64,000 nt of DNA from Trichormus sp. ATA11-4-KO1 (GTDB taxonomy: Bacteria > Cyanobacteriota > Cyanobacteriia > Cyanobacteriales > Nostocaceae), in contig JAHHIM010000065.1 in the NCBI GenBank assembly GCA_019358915.1, positions 128,001 to 192,000 on the forward strand, read 5' to 3'. The notes below the pieces were generated by a model, which made no database searches, was not told the origin of the DNA, and worked only from the letters and a program-made list of their open reading frames with translations. Positions 30,173 to 39,848 of this stretch are shown one piece after another; the stretch's first letter is position 1, and each line of letters starts with the position of its first letter. The position numbers were made by a program, and so were the translations under genes.

Positions 30173-30541
30173 TATCGGCAACTTACGAATACGTACAGAA
30201 TTATCCTCGATGGTTAGGGCTGCACCTGTTCTCAGTTCTAGTTCTAACTGAGGTAGAACTTCCAGTAACCTTTGTGTTACTACATTGGGATTTGCAGAAG
30301 ACAGGCGCAACGTGATCAGACTTGGTTGCTCATATTTTCCAAGAGCTACCAACATAGAAAAGTCTAAATCTTGTGTGACAATGACTCTACCTTCAACTCT
30401 TGCCAGATCCAAAATTTCTGTATCAGTAGCAGTTGCAGGAAGTAAATCTGTAGTACGCAAAATATCATAACCTTGTTGTTGCAGAGCTATGACTGTTAAA
30501 GGAGAAATATGCACATCGGCCAGAAAACGAAGGGTGTTCAT
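30167..30541 (-). CDS. DUF5615 PIN-like (VapC45-type) putative toxin
   Basis: RFLADVHIS, DTEIL, IVTQDLDF; ATGA overlap with the upstream DUF433 gene. Confidence 0.85.
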   Translation of the reverse strand: MNTLRFLADVHISPLTVIALQQQGYDILRTTDLLPATATDTEILDLARVEGRVIVTQDLDFSMLVALGKYEQPSLITLRLSSANPNVVTQRLLEVLPQLELELRTGAALTIEDNSVRIRKLPIL

Positions 30542-30771
30542 GCCCAAGGAATACTTGTGATTCGATCCGAAACTGCCCAAGCAGCATAGTTGAGAGCTTG
30601 TCGGATATCTTCATCCTCTAATTCAGGATAAGCTGCCAAAACTTCTTGAATGGACAGGTCACTAGCTAGTAATTTGAGAACAAAGGCTACGGTGATACGC
30701 ATTCCCCGAATCGTTGGTTGTCCAAGACAGACATGGGGATTAACAGTAATACGGTCTAGTTGAGAAATCAC
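30538..30771 (-). CDS. DUF433 putative antitoxin
   Basis: RITVNPHVCLGQPTIRGMRITV ... YPELEDEDIRQALNYAA. Confidence 0.9.
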   Translation of the reverse strand: MISQLDRITVNPHVCLGQPTIRGMRITVAFVLKLLASDLSIQEVLAAYPELEDEDIRQALNYAAWAVSDRITSIPWA

Positions 30772-30843
30772 CGTGGGACTCCTAAGCTGTTTAAATCCTG
30801 AGCTTATTCTTACATAACAAAATCAGGACTTGGTAGGTTTTGC

Positions 30844-32379
30844 ATGAATTCTCCACAAGAACCTCAAAAAAGTACAAAATTTGCTTGGTTGGGACAGGCT
30901 TTAGCTTTCATCGAATATTTAGGGAATAAATTACCCGATCCACTGACACTGTTTTTTTTATTATCCTTGCTGGTAATTATCGTTAGTGCGATCGCAGCTG
31001 CTTTCAATCTCTCTGTTATCCACCCCGGAAACGGTAAAACCATCACGGCTGTATCCCTATTGACACCTGATGGTATTCGCCGCATTTTTACTTCCGCAGT
31101 GAAAAATTTTACTGATTTTCCGCCTCTAGGCACTGTGTTAGTTGCTATGTTGGGTGTAGGTGTGGCTGAAGCCACAGGTCTGCTTTCCGCATTACTACGT
31201 AAATTGGTGTTAATTGCCCCCAGTAAATTCATCTGTCCCGTCGTTGTATTTGCTGGTATCATGGCAAACATTGCTGCTGATGCTGGCTATGTAGTACTTA
31301 TACCCCTAGGCGCAATTATATTTTTAGCATTTAGACGGCATCCTTTGGCTGGTTTAGCTGCGGCTTTTGCTGGTGTATCTGGTGGTTTTAGCGCCAATTT
31401 GCTGATTAGTTCTCTTGACCCTTTACTTGCTGGAATCACCCAAAGTTCAGTTGAATTAATTAATCCTAATTATCAAGTTAATGCTACTGCCAATTATTAT
31501 TTTATGGCAGTTTCTACATTTTTAATTACTGCAATTGGTTGGTTTGTGACCGAGAAAATTGTGGAACCAAGATTAGGTAATTACGATGGAGAAATACATT
31601 TGCCAATGGCACAACTCAGTGTAGCCGAACACAAAGGTTTACGCTGGGCTGGATATTCTTTATTAGCATTTATTAGCTTTTTGCTAGTAATGGTGTTATT
31701 ACCACAAGGAATTTTGCGAGATCCAGAAAAATTGACAATTATTCCTTCACCTTTTCTGGATAGCATCGTTTTTATTATTTCCCTGGCTTTCCTAATTCCC
31801 GGAATTTTCTATGGTAAAGCAGCAGGAACAATTCAAAATGACAAAGATGTGGTAAAAGCGTTGAGTAATTCCATGAGTGCGATGGGATATTACATTGTTT
31901 TAGCATTCATTGCCGCGCAATTTATTGCTTATTTTACCTGGAGTAATTTAGGAGTAATTATGGCAACAAATGGGGCTGAATTTCTCAAATCCACAGGAAT
32001 TACAGGCGCACCGTTACTGATATTGTTTATTTTAATTAGTATGTTGCTTAATCTTTTTGTCGGTTCTGCTTCAGCAAAATGGGCAATTATGGCTCCTGTG
32101 TTTGTACCAATGTTTATGTTAATGGGTTATTCCCCAGAGTTAACCCAAGCAGCATATCGGATTGGTGATTCCACAACGAATATTATTACTCCATTAATGC
32201 CTTATTTCCCTTTGGTGGTAGCCTTCGGGCAAAAGTACGATAAAAATTTAGGCATTGGGACATTAATTACAATGATGTTACCTTATGCGATCGCCTTTTT
32301 GTTAGGTTGGTCTAGTCTATTGATTATTTGGTTTGTCTTGGGTTTACCCCTTGGCCCTGGGGCGCTGATGAAGATTTAA
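30844..32379 (+). CDS. AbgT family transporter
   Basis: GNKLPDP, NFTDFPPLG, SGGFSAN, SASAKW, YRIGDSTTN. Confidence 0.93.
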   Translation: MNSPQEPQKSTKFAWLGQALAFIEYLGNKLPDPLTLFFLLSLLVIIVSAIAAAFNLSVIHPGNGKTITAVSLLTPDGIRRIFTSAVKNFTDFPPLGTVLVAMLGVGVAEATGLLSALLRKLVLIAPSKFICPVVVFAGIMANIAADAGYVVLIPLGAIIFLAFRRHPLAGLAAAFAGVSGGFSANLLISSLDPLLAGITQSSVELINPNYQVNATANYYFMAVSTFLITAIGWFVTEKIVEPRLGNYDGEIHLPMAQLSVAEHKGLRWAGYSLLAFISFLLVMVLLPQGILRDPEKLTIIPSPFLDSIVFIISLAFLIPGIFYGKAAGTIQNDKDVVKALSNSMSAMGYYIVLAFIAAQFIAYFTWSNLGVIMATNGAEFLKSTGITGAPLLILFILISMLLNLFVGSASAKWAIMAPVFVPMFMLMGYSPELTQAAYRIGDSTTNIITPLMPYFPLVVAFGQKYDKNLGIGTLITMMLPYAIAFLLGWSSLLIIWFVLGLPLGPGALMKI

Positions 32380-32592
32380 TCAACCACAGAGACATAAATC
32401 AGGCAATCACACCACTTTTCATAGATAAAGCCATCAGCCAATATCTGCAAGCTAGGATTCTCTCAATATAAACTTTTCACAAAGCTTCCATGATATTACG
32501 TAAAAGCATCAGGCTGTTGTACAGTTAAGTATTAATATTTATATAAATTACTCTAAAATTTTTCAGTCTAAAAAAGAGGTATTCACTGAGAA

Positions 32593-32787
32593 ATGAAAAA
32601 AGAGCAGTTTAATCTGGTGACTTATGTTGAGCAAATGGGCTGCTTATTGGATTTGCCGCTAAGAGATGAAGATCGCGATGGGGTATTAGAAAATTTTGCC
32701 AGAATTCAAGCGATCGCTCAACTGGTAAATGAGTTTCCTTTACCAGAAGAAATAGAAATCTATCACCCTGGTTGTGAACATGTCTAA
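32593..32787 (+). CDS. DUF4089 / AtzG-like small amidase partner
   Basis: YVEQM..LLDL....RDGV..NF..I..IA.LV.EFPLP; lies upstream of an AtzE-like amidase. Confidence 0.8.
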   Translation: MKKEQFNLVTYVEQMGCLLDLPLRDEDRDGVLENFARIQAIAQLVNEFPLPEEIEIYHPGCEHV

Positions 32788-33610
32788 AAAATTTTGCTTT
32801 TGTACCTTAGCAGTAGGAAATCGCTATCGTACCCATGCACGGATGCTAGCGAGTGATATTCAAAAACATTCACCTGGAACTTCCTTGATAGTTCTTACAG
32901 ATCAGCCCCATGATTTTGAGGAATATCCGCACGTTATTGCTTGCAAACACCGACTGCAAAGCGTAAAAGGATATCATGATAAGCGTTTTGTACTGGAAAA
33001 GTCCCTCAAATTGTTTGACACCTGTATATATTTGGATTCTGATGTACGCATCTTGGGTTCTGTACCAGAGGACATAGAGTGGCTACCTGGAATTACCGCC
33101 AGAACTGGCTGCAATATCCTTAAACACAATGCAGGGATGAATCAGCGCCAAGCACTTCCAGTCATCAAAAAAGTGGCACAGAAACTAGATGTTGACCTTG
33201 AGAAAACACAATGGTTTCATGAATTTATGTTTGCAGTCAAAAAACAAGATGGCGCAGAAGTTGAGTTTTTAAAGCTTTGGCAAACAATTTCTTACTTCTT
33301 TGAGATGCAAGGAATTTATGATGGAGAAGGTAACGTTATGGGATTAGCGGCTGTTTTAGCAGGGTTGACAGTTCAATTCGACTCTGGGGACAAATTCCCA
33401 TTCTTCAAAGACAATATCGAGCAAGTGAGAATTAAAAAAGGGCAGTCACAACTTAAGGATAAACAGATTTACTTCGACATACATAAAAAGATTGAATATC
33501 CAGAACATCCCATTTGGAGAAAGGTAATTAATAAGTTGATAGGAAAAGCTGTGTTTCTTTATCGATTATTCAGGTTGAGAACTTTTGCCAGGCAGGATTT
33601 AGGCTTTTAG
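32780..33610 (+). CDS. Hypothetical protein, possibly glycosyltransferase-like
   Basis: FCTLAVG, IVLTD, DKRF, CIYLDSD (DxD-like). ATG overlaps the end of the upstream gene. Confidence 0.55.
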   Translation: MSKKFCFCTLAVGNRYRTHARMLASDIQKHSPGTSLIVLTDQPHDFEEYPHVIACKHRLQSVKGYHDKRFVLEKSLKLFDTCIYLDSDVRILGSVPEDIEWLPGITARTGCNILKHNAGMNQRQALPVIKKVAQKLDVDLEKTQWFHEFMFAVKKQDGAEVEFLKLWQTISYFFEMQGIYDGEGNVMGLAAVLAGLTVQFDSGDKFPFFKDNIEQVRIKKGQSQLKDKQIYFDIHKKIEYPEHPIWRKVINKLIGKAVFLYRLFRLRTFARQDLGF

Positions 33611-33655
33611 ATTCTGGGATAAAAATTGTTTTGTCATAGAAATTGCAAAAAAAAC

Positions 33656-34516
33656 ATGAAGCTTCTTTATTACCGAGAAAATAATTTTGGTGACAAACTT
33701 AATCCTTGGTTATGGGATAAGTTAATCCCAGGCATCATTGATAATGACCAAACAACTGCTTTTGTTGGCATAGGTACTCTGATTAATGATGGATTACCTA
33801 TTAAAACCAAAAACTCTCGGTTGCGAGTAATATTTGGTACAGGTGTAGGGTATGGCAAAGGAATACCACAGATAAATGATTCTTATAAGATTTATTGTCT
33901 CCGTGGCCCGTTATCAGCCCAGGCATTAGGTGTTGCAAATAAGTTAGCAGTCACAGATGGAGCTGTACTGATTAGAAATTTATTTGATAATTATAGCCAT
34001 AAGAAAGTATACAAATTTTCTTATATGCCTCACTATGAACTAGCTGGAGAAGGTTGGAGTTTAGTTTGTGAAGGACTGGGATTTGGATATATTGATCCAC
34101 GCTGGTCAATAGAAAAAGTTTTGTCATGTATTAGCGAAACAGAAGTCTTATTTGCAGAGGCTATGCATGGTGCTATTATTGCTGATGCACTACGTGTACC
34201 ATGGGTTCCCATAATTACTAACCCTACTATTCTGCAATTTAAATGGCAAGATTGGTGCCAATCTATAGGTGTAAAATATCAGCCATCATATATCAAACGC
34301 TTACATCATCCTAGTCAAAAACGAGATATTTTATCTCCACTGCGTTTAACTCGTGATTGGTTAAGACAACAAGAATCTAAATCACAATTAATGCATATTG
34401 CCAAGACTGTACAACCTACTTTAAGTAGTGATATACACATAGAAAATCTGACTCAGGAAATGAACGCCAGACTTGAGGAATTTAAACAGGATTTTGCCCA
34501 AGGAATTTATGCCTAA
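33656..34516 (+). CDS. Polysaccharide pyruvyl transferase (ExoV-like)
   Basis: NFGDKLN, VGIGTL, LRGPLSA, DGA, MPH, AMHGAIIADALRVPW, FKWQDW. Confidence 0.88.
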   Translation: MKLLYYRENNFGDKLNPWLWDKLIPGIIDNDQTTAFVGIGTLINDGLPIKTKNSRLRVIFGTGVGYGKGIPQINDSYKIYCLRGPLSAQALGVANKLAVTDGAVLIRNLFDNYSHKKVYKFSYMPHYELAGEGWSLVCEGLGFGYIDPRWSIEKVLSCISETEVLFAEAMHGAIIADALRVPWVPIITNPTILQFKWQDWCQSIGVKYQPSYIKRLHHPSQKRDILSPLRLTRDWLRQQESKSQLMHIAKTVQPTLSSDIHIENLTQEMNARLEEFKQDFAQGIYA

Positions 34517-34551
34517 ATAACTAAATTTCCTGAATAAACCCGATTTATAAG

Positions 34552-35955
34552 ATGAATATTAACTCAGCCGATGTCTTATCAATAGCTGTTGCTGTGCGTA
34601 CAGGTGAAGTCAGCGCGGTGGAAGTTACCCAGGCGGCTTTAGCAAGAATTGCAGCAGAAAATCCTCAACTCAACTGTTTTACGGCTGTAATTGCGGAAAC
34701 AGCTTTGACAGATGCAGCCACAATTGATAGAGAAATTGCCCAAGGTCATTATCCTGGTTCGTTGGCTGGTGTCCCGTTTGCCGTAAAAAATCTTTTCGAT
34801 ATCGCTGGTTTAACAACTTTAGCGGGGTCAAAAATCAATGCCGAAAATCACCCAGCTACCCAAGACGCAACCGCAGTAACTAAATTAAAACAAGCAGGTG
34901 CAGTGCTGGTTGGTGCTTTAAATATGGATGAGTACGCCTATGGGTTTGTCACAGAAAATTCCCATTACGGTGCTACCCACAACCCCCATGATTTACAACG
35001 GGTAGCTGGTGGTTCTTCTGGTGGTTCGGCGGCGGCTGTGGCGGCTGGGTTAGTACCACTAACACTAGGTTCAGATACTAATGGTTCTATTAGAGTACCG
35101 GCGGCTTTGTGTGGTGTGTTTGGTTTTAAACCAACTTATGGACGCTTATCTCGTGCTGGGGTAGCTTTATTTTCTAGTAGTCTTGACCATATTGGCCCAT
35201 TTGCGCGTTCGGTACAAGATATTGCGATCGCCTTTGATGTGCTTCAAGGAGAAGATCAGCTCGATCCTGTTTGTACAAAACGTCCTCCCCAATTATGTGT
35301 ACCACAATTAAATCAAGATATCTCTGGTATCAGAATTGCCATCGCTGGTGATTATTTTGCGAAAGGTGCAGCACCGGAAGCCTTAGCAGCAGTACAAAAA
35401 GTAGCAGATGCTTTAAATGTAACTGAATATGTAACCATACCAGAAACCCACCGCGCCCGTGCCGCCGCCTTTGTAATTACTGCTAGCGAAGGGGCAAATC
35501 TGCATTTAGATAAATTAAAGTCACGTCCCCAGGATTTTGACCCCGCCACACGCGATCGCTTTTTGGCTGGGGCGTTAATCCCAAGTAATTGGTATTTACA
35601 AGCACAACGGTTGAGAAGCTGGTACCGCGATCGCCTGCGGGAAGTATTTCAAAATGTAGATATTATTCTCGCCCCTACCACACCCATCTCTGCACCACTG
35701 ATTGGTCAACAAACCATGATTTTAGATGGTGAAGAAATTCTCGTACGTCCTCATCTGGGGTTATTCACTCAACCATTATCTTTCATTGGCTTACCCGTTT
35801 TATCAGTACCAATTCAGCGTCCCAATGCCTTACCTTTGGGTGTGCAATTAATAGCTGCACCCGACAACGAAGCTTTGATTTTACAAGTAGCTGCTGTTTT
35901 AGAGTCCCAAGGTGTAATTTCTGCAAAAGTAGCTGTTAATCAAGTAACCAATTAA
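34552..35955 (+). CDS. AtzE-family amidase (amidase signature)
   Basis: AVKNLFD, GGSSGGSAAAV, GSDTNGSIRVPA. Confidence 0.9.
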   Translation: MNINSADVLSIAVAVRTGEVSAVEVTQAALARIAAENPQLNCFTAVIAETALTDAATIDREIAQGHYPGSLAGVPFAVKNLFDIAGLTTLAGSKINAENHPATQDATAVTKLKQAGAVLVGALNMDEYAYGFVTENSHYGATHNPHDLQRVAGGSSGGSAAAVAAGLVPLTLGSDTNGSIRVPAALCGVFGFKPTYGRLSRAGVALFSSSLDHIGPFARSVQDIAIAFDVLQGEDQLDPVCTKRPPQLCVPQLNQDISGIRIAIAGDYFAKGAAPEALAAVQKVADALNVTEYVTIPETHRARAAAFVITASEGANLHLDKLKSRPQDFDPATRDRFLAGALIPSNWYLQAQRLRSWYRDRLREVFQNVDIILAPTTPISAPLIGQQTMILDGEEILVRPHLGLFTQPLSFIGLPVLSVPIQRPNALPLGVQLIAAPDNEALILQVAAVLESQGVISAKVAVNQVTN

Positions 35956-36499
35956 ATAAATTTTCTACAGAAAGACTAAAATCTTGAGCAAAAGTTGGTA
36001 CTGGTAACTGTGCTTTTGGTTCATCGTAAATAGCAGTAGGCTGATCTGGTAGATATATAAACACAGATTTTTCTTCTGGGTCAATCAGCCATCCCATCTG
36101 AGTCCCATACTGCAAGCAATACAAAATATTTTTGATGACTCTAGTCTGACTTTGGTTGGGTGAAAGTATTTCGATTATCCAATCTGGGGGAATGGAAAAA
36201 ATATTGGCGATGACTCCATTTTCCAGGCGGGGAATCTTACTCCATGTAAATACAGAAATATCAGGTACAATCGAGCGAACACCAAAAGTACAGCGAAGTT
36301 CACAAAAAGCTCTGGCAATTTTTTTTGACTTCAAAATTGAGTTGATAGCAGGGGCTAACTCGGTTTGAATGACGCTGTGTTCTCCTTGTGGCATCGATTT
36401 TTGGTAGATACGCCCGTCAATATATTCGCTGGCTGGTTTTGTTTCCGGTAACTGTAAAAATTCTGCCAGTGTGAGGGCTTGAGCAGCTGTTTGTACCAT
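35936..36499 (-). CDS. Uma2 family putative endonuclease
   Basis: LPETKPASEYIDG, PDISVF, PDWIIEILSP, GWLIDP. Confidence 0.92.
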   Translation of the reverse strand: MVQTAAQALTLAEFLQLPETKPASEYIDGRIYQKSMPQGEHSVIQTELAPAINSILKSKKIARAFCELRCTFGVRSIVPDISVFTWSKIPRLENGVIANIFSIPPDWIIEILSPNQSQTRVIKNILYCLQYGTQMGWLIDPEEKSVFIYLPDQPTAIYDEPKAQLPVPTFAQDFSLSVENLFNWLLD

Positions 36500-36513
36500 T
36501 TAAGTGTTCCTGC

Positions 36514-36804
36514 TTAAGAATTGCTTTCCTTGATTTTTTCTCCCATCTCCTTCCCAGAATCCCACAGAGTATGACCACAGCAATGTGACGTAGCCTCTGG
36601 AACAGGATCGTAACCACCTGGATGAAAGGGATGACAACGCAAAATCCGCCGAGTAGCCATCCACCCACCGCGCCATAAGCCAAATCGCTCAATTGCTTCG
36701 ATAGCATACATAGAACAAGTTGGTTGAAACCGACAAGTCGGGGGAAACAGTGGCGAAATAAACATTCTGTAACCTTTAATTAACCAAATGAATAATAGTT
36801 TCAT
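36514..36804 (-). CDS. yidD: Membrane protein insertion efficiency factor YidD
   Basis: [18 protein letters not shown] ... [14 protein letters not shown]. Confidence 0.93.
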   Translation of the reverse strand: MKLLFIWLIKGYRMFISPLFPPTCRFQPTCSMYAIEAIERFGLWRGGWMATRRILRCHPFHPGGYDPVPEATSHCCGHTLWDSGKEMGEKIKESNS

Positions 36805-36867
36805 CACAGTCACCTAAATCTTATAAATTAGTAATATCAGGTAAAAAATTTCTATCTTGTAGTTTCT

Positions 36868-37575
36868 TTGTTATCTTCAGTTATCGATTTAACCTCAATC
36901 CCACCTTTGTGGCTGCAAATTACCATAGTTGCAGTTTGGGTATTACTTATCCTCCTGATCGCATGGGTGGTAAAACGCTTTGCTAAAGGCGATCCAGAAA
37001 TAGTTAGGAAAATAGTTCATATTGGCACTGGTAATGTAATTTTACTGGCTTGGTGGCTAGATATCCCTGCGAGTGTAGGCATTACAGCTTCAATTGTAGC
37101 GAGTACCATCACCTTGTTATCGTACAGATTTCCCATTCTTCCCGGTATTAATAGCGTGGGCAGGCAAAGTTTGGGAACATTTTTTTATGCTGTCAGTGTT
37201 GGCATTTTAGTAGCCTGGTTCTGGCACATACAACAACCCCAATACGCAGCTATAGGCATAATGGTGATGGCTTGGGGTGACGGGTTAGCAGCATTGATTG
37301 GACAACGCTTTGGTAAACATAAGTATAAAGTCTTGGGAGCGCAAAAAAGCTGGGAAGGCTCCTTGACTATGGCTTTAGTTAGCTATCTTGTCAGTAGTTT
37401 AATTTTACTGAGTGTTGAAGGAAACGTCTGGCAAGCTTGGGTCGTATCGCTAGCGATCGCTTTAGCTGCTACAACTTTAGAAGCTATTTCATTTTTGGGT
37501 ATTGATAATTTGACAGTGCCTTTATGTAGTGCAGCCTTAGCATTTATGTTAACTGAGATATTGTTGTTTAAATAA
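36868..37575 (+). CDS. Phytol/polyprenol kinase family (CTP_transf_1) membrane protein
   Basis: RKIVHIGTG, GDGLAALIG, KSWEGS, DNLTVP. Confidence 0.88.
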   Translation: MLSSVIDLTSIPPLWLQITIVAVWVLLILLIAWVVKRFAKGDPEIVRKIVHIGTGNVILLAWWLDIPASVGITASIVASTITLLSYRFPILPGINSVGRQSLGTFFYAVSVGILVAWFWHIQQPQYAAIGIMVMAWGDGLAALIGQRFGKHKYKVLGAQKSWEGSLTMALVSYLVSSLILLSVEGNVWQAWVVSLAIALAATTLEAISFLGIDNLTVPLCSAALAFMLTEILLFK

Positions 37576-37916
37576 ATTTGCTCTTAGCAATAAAATCCTA
37601 TTTTTGATAAATATTTGTATCTCTAGAAACCGGAGTTATCATCAACTACGGATGAGCGATACCTACACTAACGCCTAAGCAGATGATAGAAAAGTCGATT
37701 ATTTGATTACATATCTGCAAAAACATTGAATATTGACAATTTTTTCTCTAGAGGTATAAGTATATCTAGAAAAAATAGCAGATTTTATATCTACTTTGAG
37801 GAGTAAATATACAAGATTGATTTCTACCTTGGGATTTATGAATTCCTGACAAACAGTGCCTATAGTTGAGGTCGTAGGTGGTCATAAACCTATATACGTA
37901 AGTGAGGCTAACAATC

Positions 37917-38234
37917 ATGTCACATCAAATATTTGCATCTGACTTGTTTGTCACATTATCTGATGAACAACAAGAGCATCTAGCTGGCGGTGCCGACTTT
38001 GAACTGGCTGGTAGCAATTTTGCTAACAGAATCGCAAACTTACAGGGGACAAGCAACGCTGGCCCAGATGGCAGCACTGCCAACTCTACAGGTAATGTTA
38101 CAGCTGTTAACACTGCTGCACAAGACTTGTTGGGATTGGGTGCAGCAAGCGTTCCGACGGTTGACCCATTGGGTGGTGCACCAGTTCTCAACGGCGTCAG
38201 CAACGGCGGAAATGGCAATGGTAACAATGAATAA
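37917..38234 (+). CDS. Double-glycine precursor 1 (cyanobacterial tandem bacteriocin, CTB-like)
   Basis: Leader SDLFVTLSDEQQEHLAGG; N/G/S/T/A-rich core. Confidence 0.85.
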   Translation: MSHQIFASDLFVTLSDEQQEHLAGGADFELAGSNFANRIANLQGTSNAGPDGSTANSTGNVTAVNTAAQDLLGLGAASVPTVDPLGGAPVLNGVSNGGNGNGNNE

Positions 38235-38521
38235 AACTGTAACCCAGCCAAACTGTTGAACCATTCCTACAGTTGACCCGGAAAGCTGATCTTTCACATC
38301 AAAGCGTTTCACTAATCTAAGTAGGGAATGGTGTGTGGGGGTTACAAAAAGTTAACAGTATAAGACTGTACCTAAAATCTGCAATTGTTATCCCACATAA
38401 CTGACTATTGCCCTGGTCACCTTGGTTGATTTCTCTGGTCAGTGTTGCAAAATCTAGGGTTACGGTGGCGCTAAGCTAATTGAGCATTCCGGGTTTTTTC
38501 TTTGGCGTGGGAGGAAGGCAT

Positions 38522-38600
38522 GGATTCCAGAATTTTCTTGCCATCTTGATATTTCAAAACCTCATTGGCTGACTGAATATTAAGTCAGTTTCTGGAATCC
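38522..38600 (+). promoter_or_regulatory. Structured non-coding element upstream of precursor 2 (copy 1)
   Basis: GGATTCCAGA/TCTGGAATCC 10-bp stem enclosing a CTGACT..AGTCAG hairpin; homolog at 39413-39512. Confidence 0.55.
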
Positions 38601-38612
38601 TTTATTTGTATT

Positions 38613-38728
38613 AAGACTTACGCACAAGTTACGAAATAATAGTTCGCGTAGCGTGCGCGCAGCACATACCGCAGAGGCACAGAGAACACGGAGGAATGAG
38701 AGTTAGAGAAGTATTTTGCGTAAGTCCT
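38613..38728 (+). mobile_element. MITE-like element (GACTTACGCA...TGCGTAAGTC termini)
   Basis: 10-bp perfect terminal inverted repeat; closely similar copy on the minus strand at about 59698-59843. Confidence 0.75.
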
Positions 38729-38764
38729 ATGTATTTGAAAGTTACGTAAGTGAGGCTAACAATC

Positions 38765-39070
38765 ATGTTGTATCAAGCTATTGCATCACAGTTGTTTGTC
38801 GCGTTATCAGATGAGCAACAGGAGCATGTAGCTGGCGGTGTTGACTTTGAACTGGCTGGTAGCAATTTCGCTAACAGAATTGCCAGTTTACAGGGGTCAG
38901 TCAGTTCCGGACCAAATGGCAGCACTGCTAACTCCACAGGTAATGTTACAGCTGTTAACACTGCGGCACAAGACTTATTAGGATTGGGTGCAGCAAGTGT
39001 TCCTACAATTGATGCCTTAGGCGCTGCACCAGTTCTTAATGGTATAGGAACAGTTACCAATGGCGAATGA
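38765..39070 (+). CDS. Double-glycine precursor 2 (CTB-like), close paralog of precursor 1
   Basis: Leader SQLFVALSDEQQEHVAGG; core near-identical to precursor 1. Confidence 0.85.
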   Translation: MLYQAIASQLFVALSDEQQEHVAGGVDFELAGSNFANRIASLQGSVSSGPNGSTANSTGNVTAVNTAAQDLLGLGAASVPTIDALGAAPVLNGIGTVTNGE

Positions 39071-39077
39071 CGTATTT

Positions 39078-39350
39078 GATGCCAATTTCCGAAAAGAATG
39101 CTACAGATACGTAGGTTGGGTTAAACGTAGGATGAAGAGTGCTGAGTGAGGTCAAACTCCTAGAGAAATTTACCATCGCTAGCTTGAAGAATTGATGATT
39201 GCAGAGGTCATACCAATTTGAGAAGGGAATGCGAGAGATGCGTAGATTAGCGAGAACGGAGAAAACCCAACATATACAACATTTTGAAGTGTTGGGTTAA
39301 GAACCAAAACACAAATGAGATGTGTAGCGATGATTTTTCAAATTGGCATC
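39078..39350. mobile_element. Composite MITE-like remnant
   Basis: GATGCCAATTT ... AAATTGGCATC termini with a second internal left end (CATACCAATTT at about 39209). Confidence 0.5.
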
Positions 39351-39412
39351 ACTGTTTTAATTTCTGCCACTAGTGCTCAATTCATCTGGGTGTTCTAACT
39401 TTCTGCAAGGAC

Positions 39413-39512
39413 GGATTCCAGATTTTTCCTGCGTTCTTGCTATTTACACAACTCAATTATTTGGCTGAATGCCTCAGGAAAAACTGACTTTCTCAGTCAT
39501 TTACTGGAATCC
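39413..39512 (+). promoter_or_regulatory. Structured non-coding element upstream of precursor 3 (copy 2)
   Basis: GGATTCCAG/CTGGAATCC 9-bp stem enclosing a TGACT..AGTCA hairpin. Confidence 0.55.
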
Positions 39513-39575
39513 TTATATTTGACCTAAAAATCACGCCAAATCATATTGGGTTGATTGACAATGAGGCTAACAATC

Positions 39576-39848
39576 ATGTCACATCAAAAGATTACATCGG
39601 ATTGGTTTGTTGAGTTAGAATTATCTAATAAACAGCAACAGTTATTAGTTGGTGGTGTTAAGTATAAACTGAGCGATAACAATTTTGCTCAAGGAACGGC
39701 AGCAACAACAAAGACAAATAACAGTAGTCCCGAAGGTAACTCTTCCGACTCCAATACTCAGATTTCCGATGTAAATGCTGGTGCAAAAAGTTTTTTATCT
39801 ACTGATGCTACAGAATTTCCTTTACTGTCCAGTCTTCAATCACTATAG
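39576..39848 (+). CDS. Double-glycine precursor 3 (diverged CTB-like)
   Basis: Leader SDWFVELELSNKQQQLLVGG; S/T/N-rich core alignable to precursors 1 and 2. Confidence 0.8.
   Translation: MSHQKITSDWFVELELSNKQQQLLVGGVKYKLSDNNFAQGTAATTKTNNSSPEGNSSDSNTQISDVNAGAKSFLSTDATEFPLLSSLQSL

Noticed and set aside
35936..36499. Uma2 gene as a defence system
   Set aside because: A highly expanded, dispersed family in cyanobacteria; no methylase or partner gene nearby.
38358..38371. GTA-N8-TAC NtcA-like site (GTATAAGACTGTAC)
   Set aside because: No convincing TAN3T -10 box about 22 nt downstream; such 6-bp matches are common by chance.
37917..39848. Lanthipeptide/cyanobactin/Nif11-type modified RiPP interpretation
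   Set aside because: Cores lack Cys, and no LanM, YcaO, radical SAM or PatA/G genes occur in the window.
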